A stretch of 64,000 bases of DNA from the NCBI GenBank assembly GCA_964016885.1, contig OZ024742.1, forward strand, positions 23,622,001-23,686,000. The letters are read 5' to 3'. The DNA is from Eledone cirrhosa. Its lineage: Eukaryota. Within the stretch, counting starts at the first letter, position 1, and each line of letters begins with the position of its first letter. A model generated the notes under the pieces. That model did not search any database. It worked only from the letters and a program-made list of their open reading frames with translations, and was not told the origin of the DNA. The position numbers were made by a program, and so were the translations under genes. Positions 13,881 to 27,374 of this stretch are shown here, piece after piece.

Positions 13881-14240
13881 ATATATATATATATATATAT
13901 ATGACGGCGAGTCTACGATTTCCCGCCTTCACTATACACCAATGTATTTACGGGTTACTTTCACGACCTTTTAGACCTGTATTAGTTGGAGTGAGGTCAT
14001 ATATTTTGTCGTTCCTGGGGTTTTTAACCCTAGGACAGGAAAATGCTTCTCTGATGATCGTTGCTTTTCCATTAATATCCTGGTGATATTTAATGTTTTG
14101 CACCGTGAAACTGTACAGTTAGGGCCATTAGAATAGGTAAATAGTTATATTATATTTTTTAATTTTGATTAATTTTGATTGTATATTAATTTTGATTTAT
14201 TTTGAAAAATTGATTGAATTTTTACTTGTTCTGCTTATCT

Positions 14241-14305
<65 letters not shown>

Positions 14306-14387
14306 GGTGGTGAGTTTTATTGTAGTACAATAAAGCAATGCAGATATCGGATAAGAAGCACTCTACAATTTGTAGGATTGGAGTATA

Positions 14388-14575
14388 CATAATATATAAG
14401 ATCAAAAGATGGTTAAAAGAGTTCCATGTATTTTATTATGCGCATTTCAAAAACAAATATCATCATTTTATCTGATGAAAACACAAATGTTATTGCATGA
14501 TGATATTTGTTTTTGAAATGTGCATAATAAAATACATGGAACTGTTTTAACCATCTTTTGATCTTATATATTATA
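14388..14575 (+). mobile_element. Fold-back PLE-terminus element with hammerhead
   Basis: ~75-bp inverted arms (14390-14465 / 14498-14572) ending in (TA)n. Confidence 0.7.
14468..14530 (+). ncRNA. Minimal type I hammerhead ribozyme
   Basis: TTAT-CTGATGA-AAACACAAAT...ATTTGTTTTT-GAAA-TGTGCA-TA-ATAA; the inverted copy reads TGCGCA (perfect palindrome) in stem III. Confidence 0.7.
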
Positions 14576-14655
14576 TATATATATATATATATTAGTTACA
14601 CTTTGCTTACAAACCCCAAATTACAAATTCAAGGGATTGAGTCTCTCATTACATT

Positions 14656-14839
14656 GTGAATTGGCAGTATCGGTAGAGGGTCAGACGCCATGCTTTCTAG
14701 CATAGTTATGTCCCTTTATGATCTGAGTTCAAATCCCGCCGTGGTTAACTTTGCCTTTCATCCTTACGAGGTCGATAAAATAAAGTACCACTAATGTACT
14801 GGGTAATTGCTGGCCTTGTGCCAAAATGTAGAAACAATT
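14656..14839 (+). mobile_element. tRNA-derived SINE, full length
   Basis: A and B boxes plus the family body ending AGAAACAATTA. Confidence 0.85.
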
Positions 14840-14904
14840 ACATTGAGCTAAAAAAACACGTAGTAAATGGATAAAATTTAATCTCATCATTATTACTATC
14901 ATAC

Positions 14905-14955
<51 letters not shown>

Positions 14956-14967
14956 ACACACACACAC

Positions 14968-14996
<29 letters not shown>

Positions 14997-14998
<2 letters not shown>

Positions 14999-15150
14999 AG
15001 TTTATCCCGGCTTCAATCGGGAGTAACCACAGTAAGGTACTCAATTAATAGGCGAGTATAAATAATATAGAAAGGCTTCTACAAGACTAGAATTGTTTTA
15101 TTCGGGAGAAATCATTGGAAAGCTGATGATTTCTCTCGAATGAAACAAGA
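14997..15150 (-). mobile_element. PLE 3' terminal fragment of the family at 57700-58090
   Basis: AAGTTTATCCCGGCTTCAATCGGGAGTAACCACAGTAAGGTACTCAAT matches 57932-57985; abuts (TA)n; small internal fold-back with CTGATGA...GAAAC. Confidence 0.6.
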
Positions 15151-15983
15151 TTATTAATGGATTTAAAGAATTATTTTAATTTTCATGCAGTAACAACGAA
15201 TATATCTAAAGATTCTAGCCAACACTCTATATATGAACAGATGTAAACACCTTGTCATTATAATCAATATCTTCACGGTCAGTAAACTATTTAGACTTTC
15301 ATCAACGAAAAGTATTTCTCTTTGAAGTAGTAATTGTTATAATCATGTTCTCGTAAATAATTTCTTTGCTGTCAAAATTTACGCCTTTCAGTTATAACGT
15401 TCTCATATTTTTCACATAATTAGTTTTTACCATATCTGACCAGTTATATGTAAAGGAACTCTGGGAATAATTCCTTATTTCTGGAAACGTGGTAGAATCG
15501 AATCCAACCATTTTCATTTAATTATATAATATTCACTTCTACTACCAAGGAAATGTTGTTAGCTCTGGGTTGCTTTAGCATTCACAAAAACATTGATAAG
15601 ATTATTGTTGTTCTTACTTTTGCTGTTGTGGTTGTCAGTGTTGTTGTAGCCCTTGATATTGCTGTTCTATAGTTCGCACCTTAAAATCAAAGTGTTGTTA
15701 GCATTCATATTGTCGTTCTGTTGTTGTTTTAGGCATTGTTGATGCTGTTGTTAATTGTGATGACGATGCTGTTGTACCATTCACTCTTAACCTAGTAATA
15801 CAACGTAATGGCATGATTTTTTTGGTACGTGTGTCATTCCCTCGTAAGCGCTTGTGTTAGACCTCCGTCGTTAACATCGACGAGTCATCTAGTCTTTCAA
15901 TAAGCGGAACAGCCTGCTCGTGAAATTAACTTACAAATGGTTGAATATACAACCGACACGTGTATACGTAGTGTGATTCTCGG

Positions 15984-16236
15984 CAGGGGTGAATTTAGAC
16001 TTGTGGTGCCCGGGAGACTTCAGGTTTACAGGGCCCTTCCCAATTTTCAATATCAAAGTTAGCTTCGCACAAGTAATTGGAATTGTAAATTTATACATAC
16101 GAGTAAATTTTAAAAAATCTACCATTCCAAAACTAAAAAGCACAGCTGAGGGCAGAAATAAATTGCTGGTGGGTCTCCCCATTTACGGAGCCCACGCCAA
16201 TAGCCCACGTTGCCTCCCCCATTAAATCCGGCCCTA
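15984..16236. mobile_element. Non-autonomous hAT-type DNA transposon
   Basis: Exact 8-bp target-site duplication ATTCTCGG (15976-15983 and 16237-16244); imperfect TIRs CAGGGGTGAATTTA / TAAATCCGGCCCTA. Confidence 0.8.
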
Positions 16237-16429
16237 ATTCTCGGTGAAATTCCGCGTGACACAGTGTCACGAATCTGGCCTTTGAATCATAGCTACAACA
16301 CAGTGGAGGAGAGCAGCAGGAAATAATGAGTCCTTCCAAAAGACGCATGATGTGGCCGTCTATAGAACTGACGACACTACGATAGCAGCCGAACTTCCTA
16401 CCACCAAATCTCTCACCTTCATAATCAAA

Positions 16430-16525
16430 TCATTTCCTACCTGGAAGGAAGGCCGGAGGGTTATGCAATGATATACATATCGAATATCATGGAAGGACTA
16501 GTACCAAACTTTGGCATTGAGATTT
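16430..16525 (+). mobile_element. CR1/L2-type LINE 3' coding relic
   Basis: Translates LEGRPEGYAMIYISNIMEGLVPNFGIE, resembling the CR1-group C-terminal motif LERRRERY..IY.WKI..GLVPN. Confidence 0.5.
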
Positions 16526-17361
16526 TTTTATTTTGAATCTTTGAGAATTTGCATCACACCCAAAATATCAATGTTGTGTTTCTTGCTAATGTAAACCAAA
16601 ATATTGTTCAAATTCTATCTATTACTTCATGAATCATTTAATGCAAATCTACCAATAATGCTTCACTTAGTTTTGATATCATTTTTTAGTTGCATCGCTT
16701 GCATTCTCAATAGTTGTGTAGAGAGGCATAAGGAATCCCGCAAAGCCTTGTATCCGACGTTCTAACGATTCTGCCAATTTACCGCTTGGGGCTTATCAAG
16801 ACAAAACAAACACCACAATATGTTTTTTTTTCCGACACTCTGCCAATCTGTAAATTCACCATTTTGAAAGGTCTCATGATGTAAATGTTTAGCATAAGTC
16901 CTCACAGAAAGCAAAGTATTTTATCCGAGATATTTTGTTATATTTTATTTCATTGTCTAGAACTAGGACCACTGGGAATATCTACCACTTTTTATTCACA
17001 ATATTTGCTTCATTATATCAAGTTTGTGGACATTCAAAGGTTTTAAATATCAAAGCTAACATTTTCAATAGTGACGTTAATTCTCTTCATATAATTACTT
17101 AATCCACAACAATTTCATTGTTATGAAATATAATGTATGAAAATGAATTATGCTGTATACTGTTTATTGCTTTGATTTTCTATTGATTTATTTATCTCTC
17201 TGTCTTCTTCACATTCTCTCTCCTTTCTCTCTCACTCCCTTTCTTCATTTTCTCTCTCCCTTCATCACTTTCTCCCTCTCTACCGCTCCCTTTCTTCACT
17301 TTTTCTTTCTCTCTTCTTCCCATTGTCTCTCACTCTCTTTCTTCAATTTATCTGTGTGTGT

Positions 17362-17403
<42 letters not shown>

Positions 17404-17514
17404 TTCTCTCTCTCTCTCTCGCTTTCTCTCTCTCTCTTCTTCACTTTCTCTCTCTATTAAACTATTAAAATACGATGTAAGCGCTATAATTGCTTTGCTT
17501 AAGAAACAAAAAAA

Positions 17515-17845
17515 CGCGCGCGAGAGAGAGTGCGTGAGAGAGGGAGTGGGGTGATGAGAGGGTGTGTGTGAGTGAGACGGGATGGGAGACTGTGTGAGTG
17601 AGAGAGAGTGCGTGTGTGAGAGAGAGTGTGTTTAGTGAGAGGGAGTGAGAGAGAGTGTGCGAGTGAGAGATTGTGTGAGTGAGAGGGAGTGTGAGTGAGA
17701 GGGTGTGTGAGTGAGAGGGAGCGTGAGTAAGAGGGTGTGTGAGTGATATGAGGTGAGAGAGAATGTGTGTGAGAGAGAGTGTGTTTAGTGAGAGGGGGTG
17801 AGACAGTGTGCGAGTGAGAGAGTGTGTGTGAGTGAGAGAGCGAAT
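17515..17845 (+). repeat. Degenerate (GA)/(GT) compound microsatellite
   Basis: GAGAGAGTGTGT-type units with internal duplications. Confidence 0.8.
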
Positions 17846-18140
17846 GAAAGTAAGAGAAAGAGAAAATATAAAAATAGTGAAAAGGAGGCGGAGAAGAAGG
17901 GAGAATGAAAGCGTATTGATCGAGGCAGATGATTAAAGTTTAAATATTTGTAACAATGTGTTAAAGAAGGATTGTATATATAGGCGGAAGTAATTCAGAT
18001 GATTTCGTATATACCTGTTATGTGGAAAACGTTAAGGCCATGTCCCCATTGTAAGGATAACATCTTCTCAACCACCTCGGATCTGCTAAAAACTGTTAAA
18101 AGACTTAGATGCAGATCGTGGCTCCCTAACATAGCATCAA

Positions 18141-21100
18141 AACAGCCATTCGTCCAAACTCTCAGCCATTCGTCCAGACACACAGCCATTAGTCCAAACA
18201 CACAGCCATTCGTCCAAACACACAGCCATTAGTCCAAACACACAGCCATTCGTCCAAACACACAGCCATTAGTCCAAACACACAGCCATTCGTTCAAACA
18301 CACAGCTATTCGTCCAAACACACAGCCATTCGTCCAAACACACAGCCATTCGTCCAAACACACAGCCATTCGTTCAAACACACAGCTATTCGTCCAAACA
18401 CACAGCCATTCGTCCAAACACACAGCCATTCGTCCAAACACACAGCCATTCGTTCAAACACACAGCTATTCGTCCAAACACACAGCCATTCGTTCAAACA
18501 CACAGCTATTCGTCCAAACACACAGCCATTCGTCCAAACACACAGCCATTCGTTCAAACACACAGCTATTCGTCCAAACACAGCCATTCGTCCAAACACA
18601 CAGCCATTCGTCCAAACACATAGCCATTCGTCCAAACACACAGCCATTCGTCCAAACACATAGCCATTCGTCCAAACACACAGCCATTAGTCCAAACACT
18701 CAGCCATTCGTCCAAACACACAGTCATTCGTTCAAAGACAGCCATTCGTCCAAACACACAGCCATTCGTCCAAACACACAGCCATTCGTCCAAACACACA
18801 GCCATTCGTCCAAACACACAGCCATTCGTCCAAACACACAGCCATCCGTCCAAACACACAGTCATTCGTTCAAAGACAGCCATTCGTCCAAACACACAGT
18901 CATTCGTTCAAAGACAGCCATTCGTCCAAACACACAGACATTCGTCCAAACACACAGCCATTCGTTCAAACACACAGTCATTCATCCAAACACACAGTCA
19001 TTCGTTCAAAGACAGCCATTCGTCCAAACACACAGCCATTCGTCTAAACACACAGTTATTTGTTCAAACACAGTCATTTCTTCAAACACTCAGCCATTCG
19101 TTCAAACACACAGCCATTCGTCTAAACACACAGCCATTCGTCCAAACACACAGCCATTCGTCTAAACACACAGACATTCGTCCAAACACACAGCCATTCG
19201 TTCAAACACAGTCATTCGTCCAAACACACAGCCATTCGTCCAAACACACAGCCATTCGTCCAAACACACAGCCATTCGTCTAAACACACAGACATTCGTC
19301 CAAACACACAGCCATTCGTCCAAACACACAGCCATTCGTCTAAACACACAGACATTCGTCCAAACACACAGCCATTCGTCTAAACACACAGCCATTCGTC
19401 CAAACACACAGCCATTCGTCCAAACACACAGCCATTCGTCCAAACACACAGCCATTCGTCTAAACACACAGACATTCGTCCAAACACACAGCCATTCGTC
19501 TAAACACACAGCCATTCGTCCAAACACACAGCCATTCGTCCAAACACACAGCCATTCGTCCAAACACACAGCCATTCGTCTAAACACACAGACATTCGTC
19601 CAAACACACAGCCATTCGTCTAAACACACAGCCATTCGTCCAAACACACAGCCATTCGTCCAAACACACAGCCATTCGTCCAAACACACAGCCATTCGTC
19701 TAAACACACAGCCATTCGTCCAAACACACAGCCATTCGTCCAAACACACAGCCATTCGTCCAAACACACAGCCATTCGTCCAAACACACAGCCATTCGTC
19801 TAAACACACAGACATTCGTCCAAACACACAGCCATTCGTCCAAACACACAGCCATTCGTCCAAACACACAGCCATTCGTCCAAACACACAGCCATTCGTC
19901 CAAACACACAGACATTCGTCCAAACACACAGCCATTCGTCCAAACACACAGCCATTCGTCCAAACACACAGCCATTCGTTCAAACACAGTCATTCGTCCA
20001 AACACACAGCCATTCGTCCAAACACACAGCCATTCGTCCAAACACACAGCCATTCGTCCAAACACACAGCCATTCGTCCAAACACACAGCCATTCGTCCA
20101 AACACACAGCCATTCGTCCAAACACACAGCCGTTCGTCCAAACACACAGCCATTCGTCCAAACACACAGCCATTCGTCCAAACACACAGCCGTTCGTCCA
20201 AACACACAGCCATTCGTCCAAACACACAGCCATTCGTCCAAACACACAGCCGTTCGTCCAAACACACAGCCATTCGTCCAAACACACAGCCATTCGTCCA
20301 AACACACAGCCGTTCGTCCAAACACACAGCCGTTCGTCCAAACACACAGACATTCGTCCAAACACACAGCCATTCGTTCAAACACAGTCATTCGTCCAAA
20401 CACACAGCCGTTCGTCCAAACACACAGCCATTCGTCCAAACACACAGCCATTCGTCCAAACACACAGCCGTTCGTCCAAACACACAGCCATTCGCCCAAA
20501 CACACAGCCATTCGTCCAAACACACAGCCGTTCGTCCAAACACACAGCCATTCGTCCAAACACACAGCCATTCGTTCAAACACACAGACATTCGTCCAAA
20601 CACACAGCGATTCGTTCAAACACAGCCATTCGTCCCAACACACGGTCATTTGTTCAAACACACAGTCATTTCTTCAAACACACAGCCATTCGTCCAAACA
20701 CACAACCATTCGTCCAAACACACAACCATTCCTCCAAAGACACAGCCATTCGTCCAAACTCACAGCCATTCGTTCAAACACAGCCATTCGTCCAAACACA
20801 CAGCCATTCGTTCAAACACACAGACATTCGTCCAAACACAAAGCCATTCGTCCAAACACACAGACATTCGTCCAAACACACAGCGATTCGTTCAAACACA
20901 GCCATTCGTCCCAACACACGGTCATTTGTTCAAACACACAGTCATTTCTTCAAACACACAGCCATTCGTCCAAACACACAACCATTCGTCCAAACACACA
21001 ACCATTCCTCCAAAGACACAGCCATTCGTCCAAACTCACAGCCATTCGTTCAAACACAGCCATTCGTCCAAACACACAGACATTCGTCCAAACACAAAGC

Positions 21101-23306
21101 CATTCGTCCAAACACACAGCCATTCGTCCAAACACACAGACATTCGTCCAAACACAAAGCCATTCGTCCAAACACAAAGCCATTCGTCCAAACACACAGA
21201 CATTCGTCCAAACACAAAGCCATTCGTCCAAACACACAGCCGTTCGTCCAAACACACAGCCATTCGTCCAAACACACAGCCATTCGTCCAAACACACAGC
21301 CGTTCGTCCAAACACACAGCCATTCGTCCAAACACACAGCCATTCGTCCAAACACACAGCCGTTCGTCCAAACACACAGCCGTTCGTCCAAACACACAGA
21401 CATTCGTCCAAACACACAGCCATTCGTTCAAACACAGTCATTCGTCCAAACACACAGCCGTTCGTCCAAACACACAGCCATTCGTCCAAACACACAGCCA
21501 TTCGTCCAAACACACAGCCGTTCGTCCAAACACACAGCCATTCGTCCAAACACACAGCCGTTCGTCCAAACACACAGCCATTCGTCCAAACACACAGCCA
21601 TTCGTCCAAACACACAGCCGTTCGTCCAAACACACAGCCATTCGTCCAAACACACAGCCATTCGTCCAAACACACAGCCATTCGTCCAAACTCACAGCCA
21701 TTCGTCCAAACACACAGTCATTCGTTCAAACACAGCCATTCGTCCAAACACACAGCCATTCGTCCAAACACACAGCCATTCGTCCAAACACACAGTCATT
21801 CGTTCAAACACAGCCATTCGTCCAAACACAGTAATTCGGCCAAACACAGTCATTCGTTCAAACACACAGCCGTTCGTCCAAACACACAGCCATTCGTCCA
21901 AACACACAGCCATTCGTTCAAACACACAGACATTCGTCCAAACACACAGCGATTCGTTCAAACACAGCCATTCATCCCAACACACGGTCATTTGTTCAAA
22001 CACACAGTCATTTCTTCAAACACACAGCCATTCGTCCAAACACACAACCATTCGTCCAAACACACAACCATTCCTCCAAAGACACAGCCATTCGTCCAAA
22101 CTCACAGCCATTCGTTCAAACACAGCCATTCGTCCAAACACACAGCCATTCGTTCAAACACACAGACATTCGTCCAAACACAAAGCCATTCGTCCAAACA
22201 CACAGACATTCGTCCAAACACACAGCGATTCGTTCAAACACAGCCATTCGTCCCAACACACGGTCATTTGTTCAAACACACAGTCATTTCTTCAAACACA
22301 CAGCCATTCGTCCAAACACACAACCATTCGTCCAAACACACAACCATTCCTCCAAAGACACAGCCATTCGTCCAAATTCACAGCCAATCGTTCAAACACA
22401 GCCATTCGTCCAAACACACAGACATTCGTCCAAACACAAAGCCATTCGTCCAAACACACAGCCATTCGTCCAAACACACAGACATTCGTCTAAACACAAA
22501 GCCATTCGTCCAAACACACAGCCATTCGTCCAAACACACAGACATTCGTCCAAACACAAAGCCATTCGTCCAAACACACAGCCGTTCGTCCAAACACACA
22601 GCCATTCGTCCAAACACACAGCCATTCGTCCAAACACACAGCCGTTCGTCCAAACACACAGCCATTCGTCCAAACACACAGCCGTTCGTCCAAACACACA
22701 GCCGTTCGTCCAAACACACAGACATTCGTCCAAACACACAGCCATTCGTTCAAACACAGTCATTCGTCCAAACACACAGCCGTTCGTCCAAACACACAGC
22801 CATTCGTCCAAACACACAGCCATTCGTCCAAACACACAGCCGTTCGTCCAAACACACAGCCATTCGTCCAAACACACAGCCGTTCGTCCAAACACACAGC
22901 CATTCGTCCAAACACACAGCCATTCGTCCAAACACACAGCCGTTCGTCCAAACACACAGCCATTCGTCCAAACACACAGCCATTCGTCCAAACACACAGC
23001 CATTCGTCCAAACTCACAGTCATTCGTTCAAACACAGCCATTCGTCCAAACACACAGCCATTCGTCCAAACACACAGCCATTCGTCCAAACACACAGTCA
23101 TTCGTTCAAACACAGCCATTCGTCCAAACACAGTCATTCGGCCAAACACAGTCATTCGTTCAAATTTAGCCATTCATCCAAACACACAGCCATTCGTCCA
23201 AACACACAGCCATTCGTCCAAACACACAGTCATTCGTCCAAACACACAGTCATTCGGCCAAAGACACAATCATGCGTCCAAACACAGTCATTCGACCAAA
23301 CACACA
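18141..23306. repeat. 20-bp tandem satellite (CACAGCCATTCGTCCAAACA)n, about 260 units, with higher-order repeats
   Basis: Directly visible; includes 18-bp deletion variants, 60-bp and 120-bp periodicities, and duplicated blocks of 276 bp and 1342 bp. Confidence 0.97.
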
Positions 23307-23375
23307 GGTTTCGCAGTTCTTCTGCTTTTCAAAAGTAGAGTTGAGATGGAGGGTCTGTGGTTTTTCTCACATCTC
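23307..23375 (-). mobile_element. Fragment of the PLE-terminus family at 59195-59545, truncated inside its hammerhead-like motif
   Basis: GGTTTCGCAGTTCTTCTGCTTTTCAAAAGTAGAGTTGAGATGGAGGGTC matches 59283-59331. Confidence 0.75.
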
Positions 23376-23380
23376 TATAT

Positions 23381-23458
<78 letters not shown>

Positions 23459-23746
23459 CAAATAACGAAACGAAATTAAATTTCGTTTCGTTTGTAACTC
23501 ACTTTTGTATGACTGACGCTTAAACAATTAAGTTAAAATTGTACATCCACATATGTATACTGAAATACTAGTATGCATATGAATACACACACGTGTACAT
23601 ATGTAGATGTACCAAGTTTTTTCACTGGACACTTTACTGTGAGTATTCAGCTAGTGTGTATGTAAACACACAGACAAACCGGTTTTTAGAGTCATACTGG
23701 TTTTCGAGGAAACACCTTTCCTCTATTCTCCAGAAAGCCAGACAGG

Positions 23747-23791
23747 AATATTGGACTAGTTTCGATGTTGTTACATCTCATCAGCAATATT
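23747..23791 (-). ncRNA. Canonical minimal hammerhead ribozyme (mirror copy)
   Basis: Exact reverse complement of 23934-23978. Confidence 0.88.
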
Positions 23792-23933
23792 TACCTATCC
23801 TCCGGCCTTTCTAGAGAATCGTAAACGCACATATCGTTATATGCAAATTAGTCTGCCCACTACTAATTTTCATAGAAAAAGCATATAACGATATGTGCGT
23901 TTACGATTCTCTAGAAAGGCCGGAGGATAGGTA

Positions 23934-23978
23934 AATATTGCTGATGAGATGTAACAACATCGAAACTAGTCCAATATT
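23934..23978 (+). ncRNA. Canonical minimal type I hammerhead ribozyme
   Basis: AATATTG-CTGATGA-GATGT aaca ACATC-GAAA-CTAG-TC-CAATATT: 7-bp stem I, 5-bp stem II, palindromic ACTAGT stem III, GUC site; all core bases intact. Confidence 0.9.
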
Positions 23979-24223
23979 CCTGTCTGGCTTTCTGGAGAAT
24001 AGAGGAAAGGTGTTTCCTCGAAAACCAGTATGACTCTAAAAACCGGTTTGTCTGTGTGTTTACATACAGACTAGCTGAACACTCACAGTAAAGTGTCCAG
24101 TGACAAACTCGGTACATCTACATATGTACACGTGTGTATATTCATATGCATACTAGTATTTCAGTATACATATGTGGATGTACAATTTTAACTTAATTGT
24201 TTATATATATATATATATATATA

Positions 24224-24396
24224 TAACGAAGGAAATGTGGTAAGGAACCAGGTGGACCATAATGCACCAAAGTACTCAATACTTAGGGTAGTAGAGTGGG
24301 TAATAGGAACCAGTAAGACCCCGACGGCTGAGCCCGTTTCGACGCTGAATTAGCCGTCGAAACGGCTTGAGCTCAGCCGTCGGGGTCTTACTGGTT

Positions 24397-24400
<4 letters not shown>
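24224..24400 (-). mobile_element. Short fold-back PLE-terminus-like element between (TA)n tracts
   Basis: Inverted arms ATAGGAACCAGTAAGACCCCGACGGCTGAGC / GCTCAGCCGTCGGGGTCTTACTGGTTCCTAT; CGAAAC is present but the 5' core is absent. Confidence 0.6.
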
Positions 24401-24439
<39 letters not shown>

Positions 24440-25517
24440 CAAAACATACTTACATATTAAACGTTTATAATTTGTTTGTTTATCATTCACTTGCTAAGTT
24501 CATAGCTTCTAATTCGAATGGAAGGAGATGGGATGTGTAATGGTAGCACAGTGGTCTGGATCGTTCAATATGTGGATAGTGTAACTGTGACATTGGAATC
24601 CCTCTCAGAACTTCTTACTTAAACATCTCTCTCCATATTATTTACTCACTTCAATCTATATGTTTTTTTACTCAATTCAATCCGGATTCTCACTTGAAAA
24701 TTTTTTTAATTTCTAATTGTTAATTTTTTAATTGTTTAATTAATAATTTCTGATTTTTGATTCAGGATTTTAATTTTTAATTTCCAACTCTCACTCAAAA
24801 CTTCCAATGTAAAACCGTGATACCTAGAATTACGTATATTTTCTCTTGGGAGTTGATGGTCAGTCGTACTGTCCATGCTTGGTGAGAGGTAGTATTGTGA
24901 CCTGTAAAAACTAACACTCTCCCATCCCCTCTGGCTTTCGGCTGACTGCCACAGCCGGGACGGGTAGCAGTAAACTATGGTACAGTCCTAAATGGGTCAT
25001 TGTTTGGCTGAGAGGGTGAACTGAATAAGCGAATTTCGTTGAAATCTGCGGTAGTTAATGGTCAACTTCCTTCGGACATGCGCCTGCGCAGACCGGTGGG
25101 GTGAATTGGTACTCACAGGGAACGGATGAAGAACCCAAAAGCACACACTTCGTCCGTTCCCATGTCGATTCAACTTGGATTGCCTCGGAAACATAACCTT
25201 ATTATGACACTCGCACACAGAACAGTGTGGCCAGTGTCGTCATTGAAATATATATCACAGCATTATTATTAAAAGACTTGAACATCTGAAACTACTTCGC
25301 TTTTACTTATTCGATAATTACTCCGTCACTCCTATGTGGAAAAAGTACGTTGAGTGCTTGATTTGAATTGCATCAATATTTACCCTAAGTATATATATAT
25401 ATACGTTTGTATATGTATAATAAAGCCAAAACAATGCAGGTATGGACATAGAATAAAGAATGCACATACAAAAGATATTGTTGACAATTAGTCTTTTACC
25501 TTAGATTTATATAAATG

Positions 25518-25554
25518 TCCTTAATTTTCGAGATAATATCTCTTCTTCGGAGGG
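25518..25554 (-). ncRNA. Putative ultra-minimal hammerhead, CCGAAGA variant
   Basis: Minus strand CCT-CCGAAGA-aGAGAT att ATCTC-GAAA-AT-TA-AGG; lies ~115 bp upstream of a (TA)n tract. Confidence 0.45.
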
Positions 25555-25578
25555 AAGTAAAGCGGTTAAACCAGTGTT

Positions 25579-25623
25579 CTAAATAGCTTGCCAAGTCATG
25601 CATGACTTGGCAAGCTATTTAGA
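25579..25623. repeat. Perfect ~44-bp palindrome
   Basis: CTAAATAGCTTGCCAAGTCATGCATGACTTGGCAAGCTATTTAG. Confidence 0.9.
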
Positions 25624-25799
25624 GCAAACATCACGGACGCTCTATCTCAAAATTATTTTTGAAAAGCATTAGAAATGCGCAACCGGTAAAACTAAAAACC
25701 AAAACTGAATACTAACCAATACTATTACTAATTCTCACTTATTCCTAATTAAACTATTTTTCACTGTGAACAATTTGTCAGCATTTTCTATTCCGTTTA

Positions 25800-25925
<126 letters not shown>

Positions 25926-25984
25926 CATATATATATAGGTGCCCTACCATGGCCTCAGGCTACTAGCTGGAGCACGTAATAGAG

Positions 25985-26084
<100 letters not shown>

Positions 26085-26973
26085 TAGAGAGAGAATAAAA
26101 TGCATATATATATATATTTGACGATATAGATATATAAATAAATTGATATATAGAAGCATACATACACATATGTATGTGTGTGTGCGTGTGTGTGCTTATA
26201 AATTAGTTATTTTTATATAGGTGTATGTGTTAGTGTCTGTTTGTGCTTATATACGTGTAATAGAAGGACGGTAAGGCACGTATGTGTAATCTTGTGTTGT
26301 CTGTGGGTATTTATGTGTTTCTCTGTGTGTCTGTGTATATGGCCTGTACCTATTTGTGTATGTGTGTGTGTGTGTGCATCAGTGTATTTGTATATTTCTA
26401 TTTGTATGTGTGTGCAGCCTGTGTGTATTTGTGTGTGTGTGTGTATATATATATATATTTGAATACGTCTGTGTATATTTATGCCTTTCTCTGTGCCTGT
26501 GTATATTTGTTTGTACATATATGTCTATATACGTAAATGTGTATATATTTCTCTGTCTATGTGTGCTGTTTGTGTGTAATGTAGCGGAATTGCAATGAAT
26601 AGAACACACAAAAAAATGGGAAGATTCTCTCAAGAGATCAGCAGAGCTATTTTAAGTAGGAAATACCAAATCATTTGAGCAGCAGAATGAAAACTGAGAT
26701 AGAAATAGATGTACGGTTTAATTGAAAACAGTTGGGTGTGAAGGAAAAAATGGCCAAACACCACGGAAGAAGATAAAACACCAACAATGACAAAGCCAAA
26801 TACTATAACTTAAAAAAAAAAAGATTTAACAACACAAAATAGCAGAAGAGTAATATATAAAAAAATATATATGCAAGATCAAGTAACAGAAATAAATAGA
26901 GAAATATAAATATATAATATATATATATATATAATATATAATATATATATATATAATATATATATATATATAT

Positions 26974-27006
<33 letters not shown>

Positions 27007-27056
27007 ATGTATATATATATAATGTATATATATATATGTATAATATATAATGTATA

Positions 27057-27168
<112 letters not shown>

Positions 27169-27218
27169 ATGTATATATATATAATGTATATATATATATG
27201 TATAATATATAATGTATA

Positions 27219-27374
<156 letters not shown>

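Larger units (their letters stand above)
23452..24203. mobile_element. Fold-back element with ~323-bp inverted arms, each carrying a hammerhead, within (TA)n
   Basis: Arms 23521-23844 and 23881-24203 with a 36-nt spacer; the minus-strand copy extends ~70 bp further to the TA tract. Confidence 0.85.

Noticed and set aside
17995-18140. Possible PLE RT relic (FDAMLGSHD resembling FDITMGSND) at the left edge of the satellite
   Set aside because: Only one short motif; the downstream YRDD motif is not recoverable. A profile search would be needed.
18141-23306. CRISPR array or long repetitive protein (394-aa and 448-aa ORFs)
   Set aside because: The units are contiguous with no unique spacers and there are no cas genes. 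The ORFs exist only because the 20-mer lacks stop codons in several frames.
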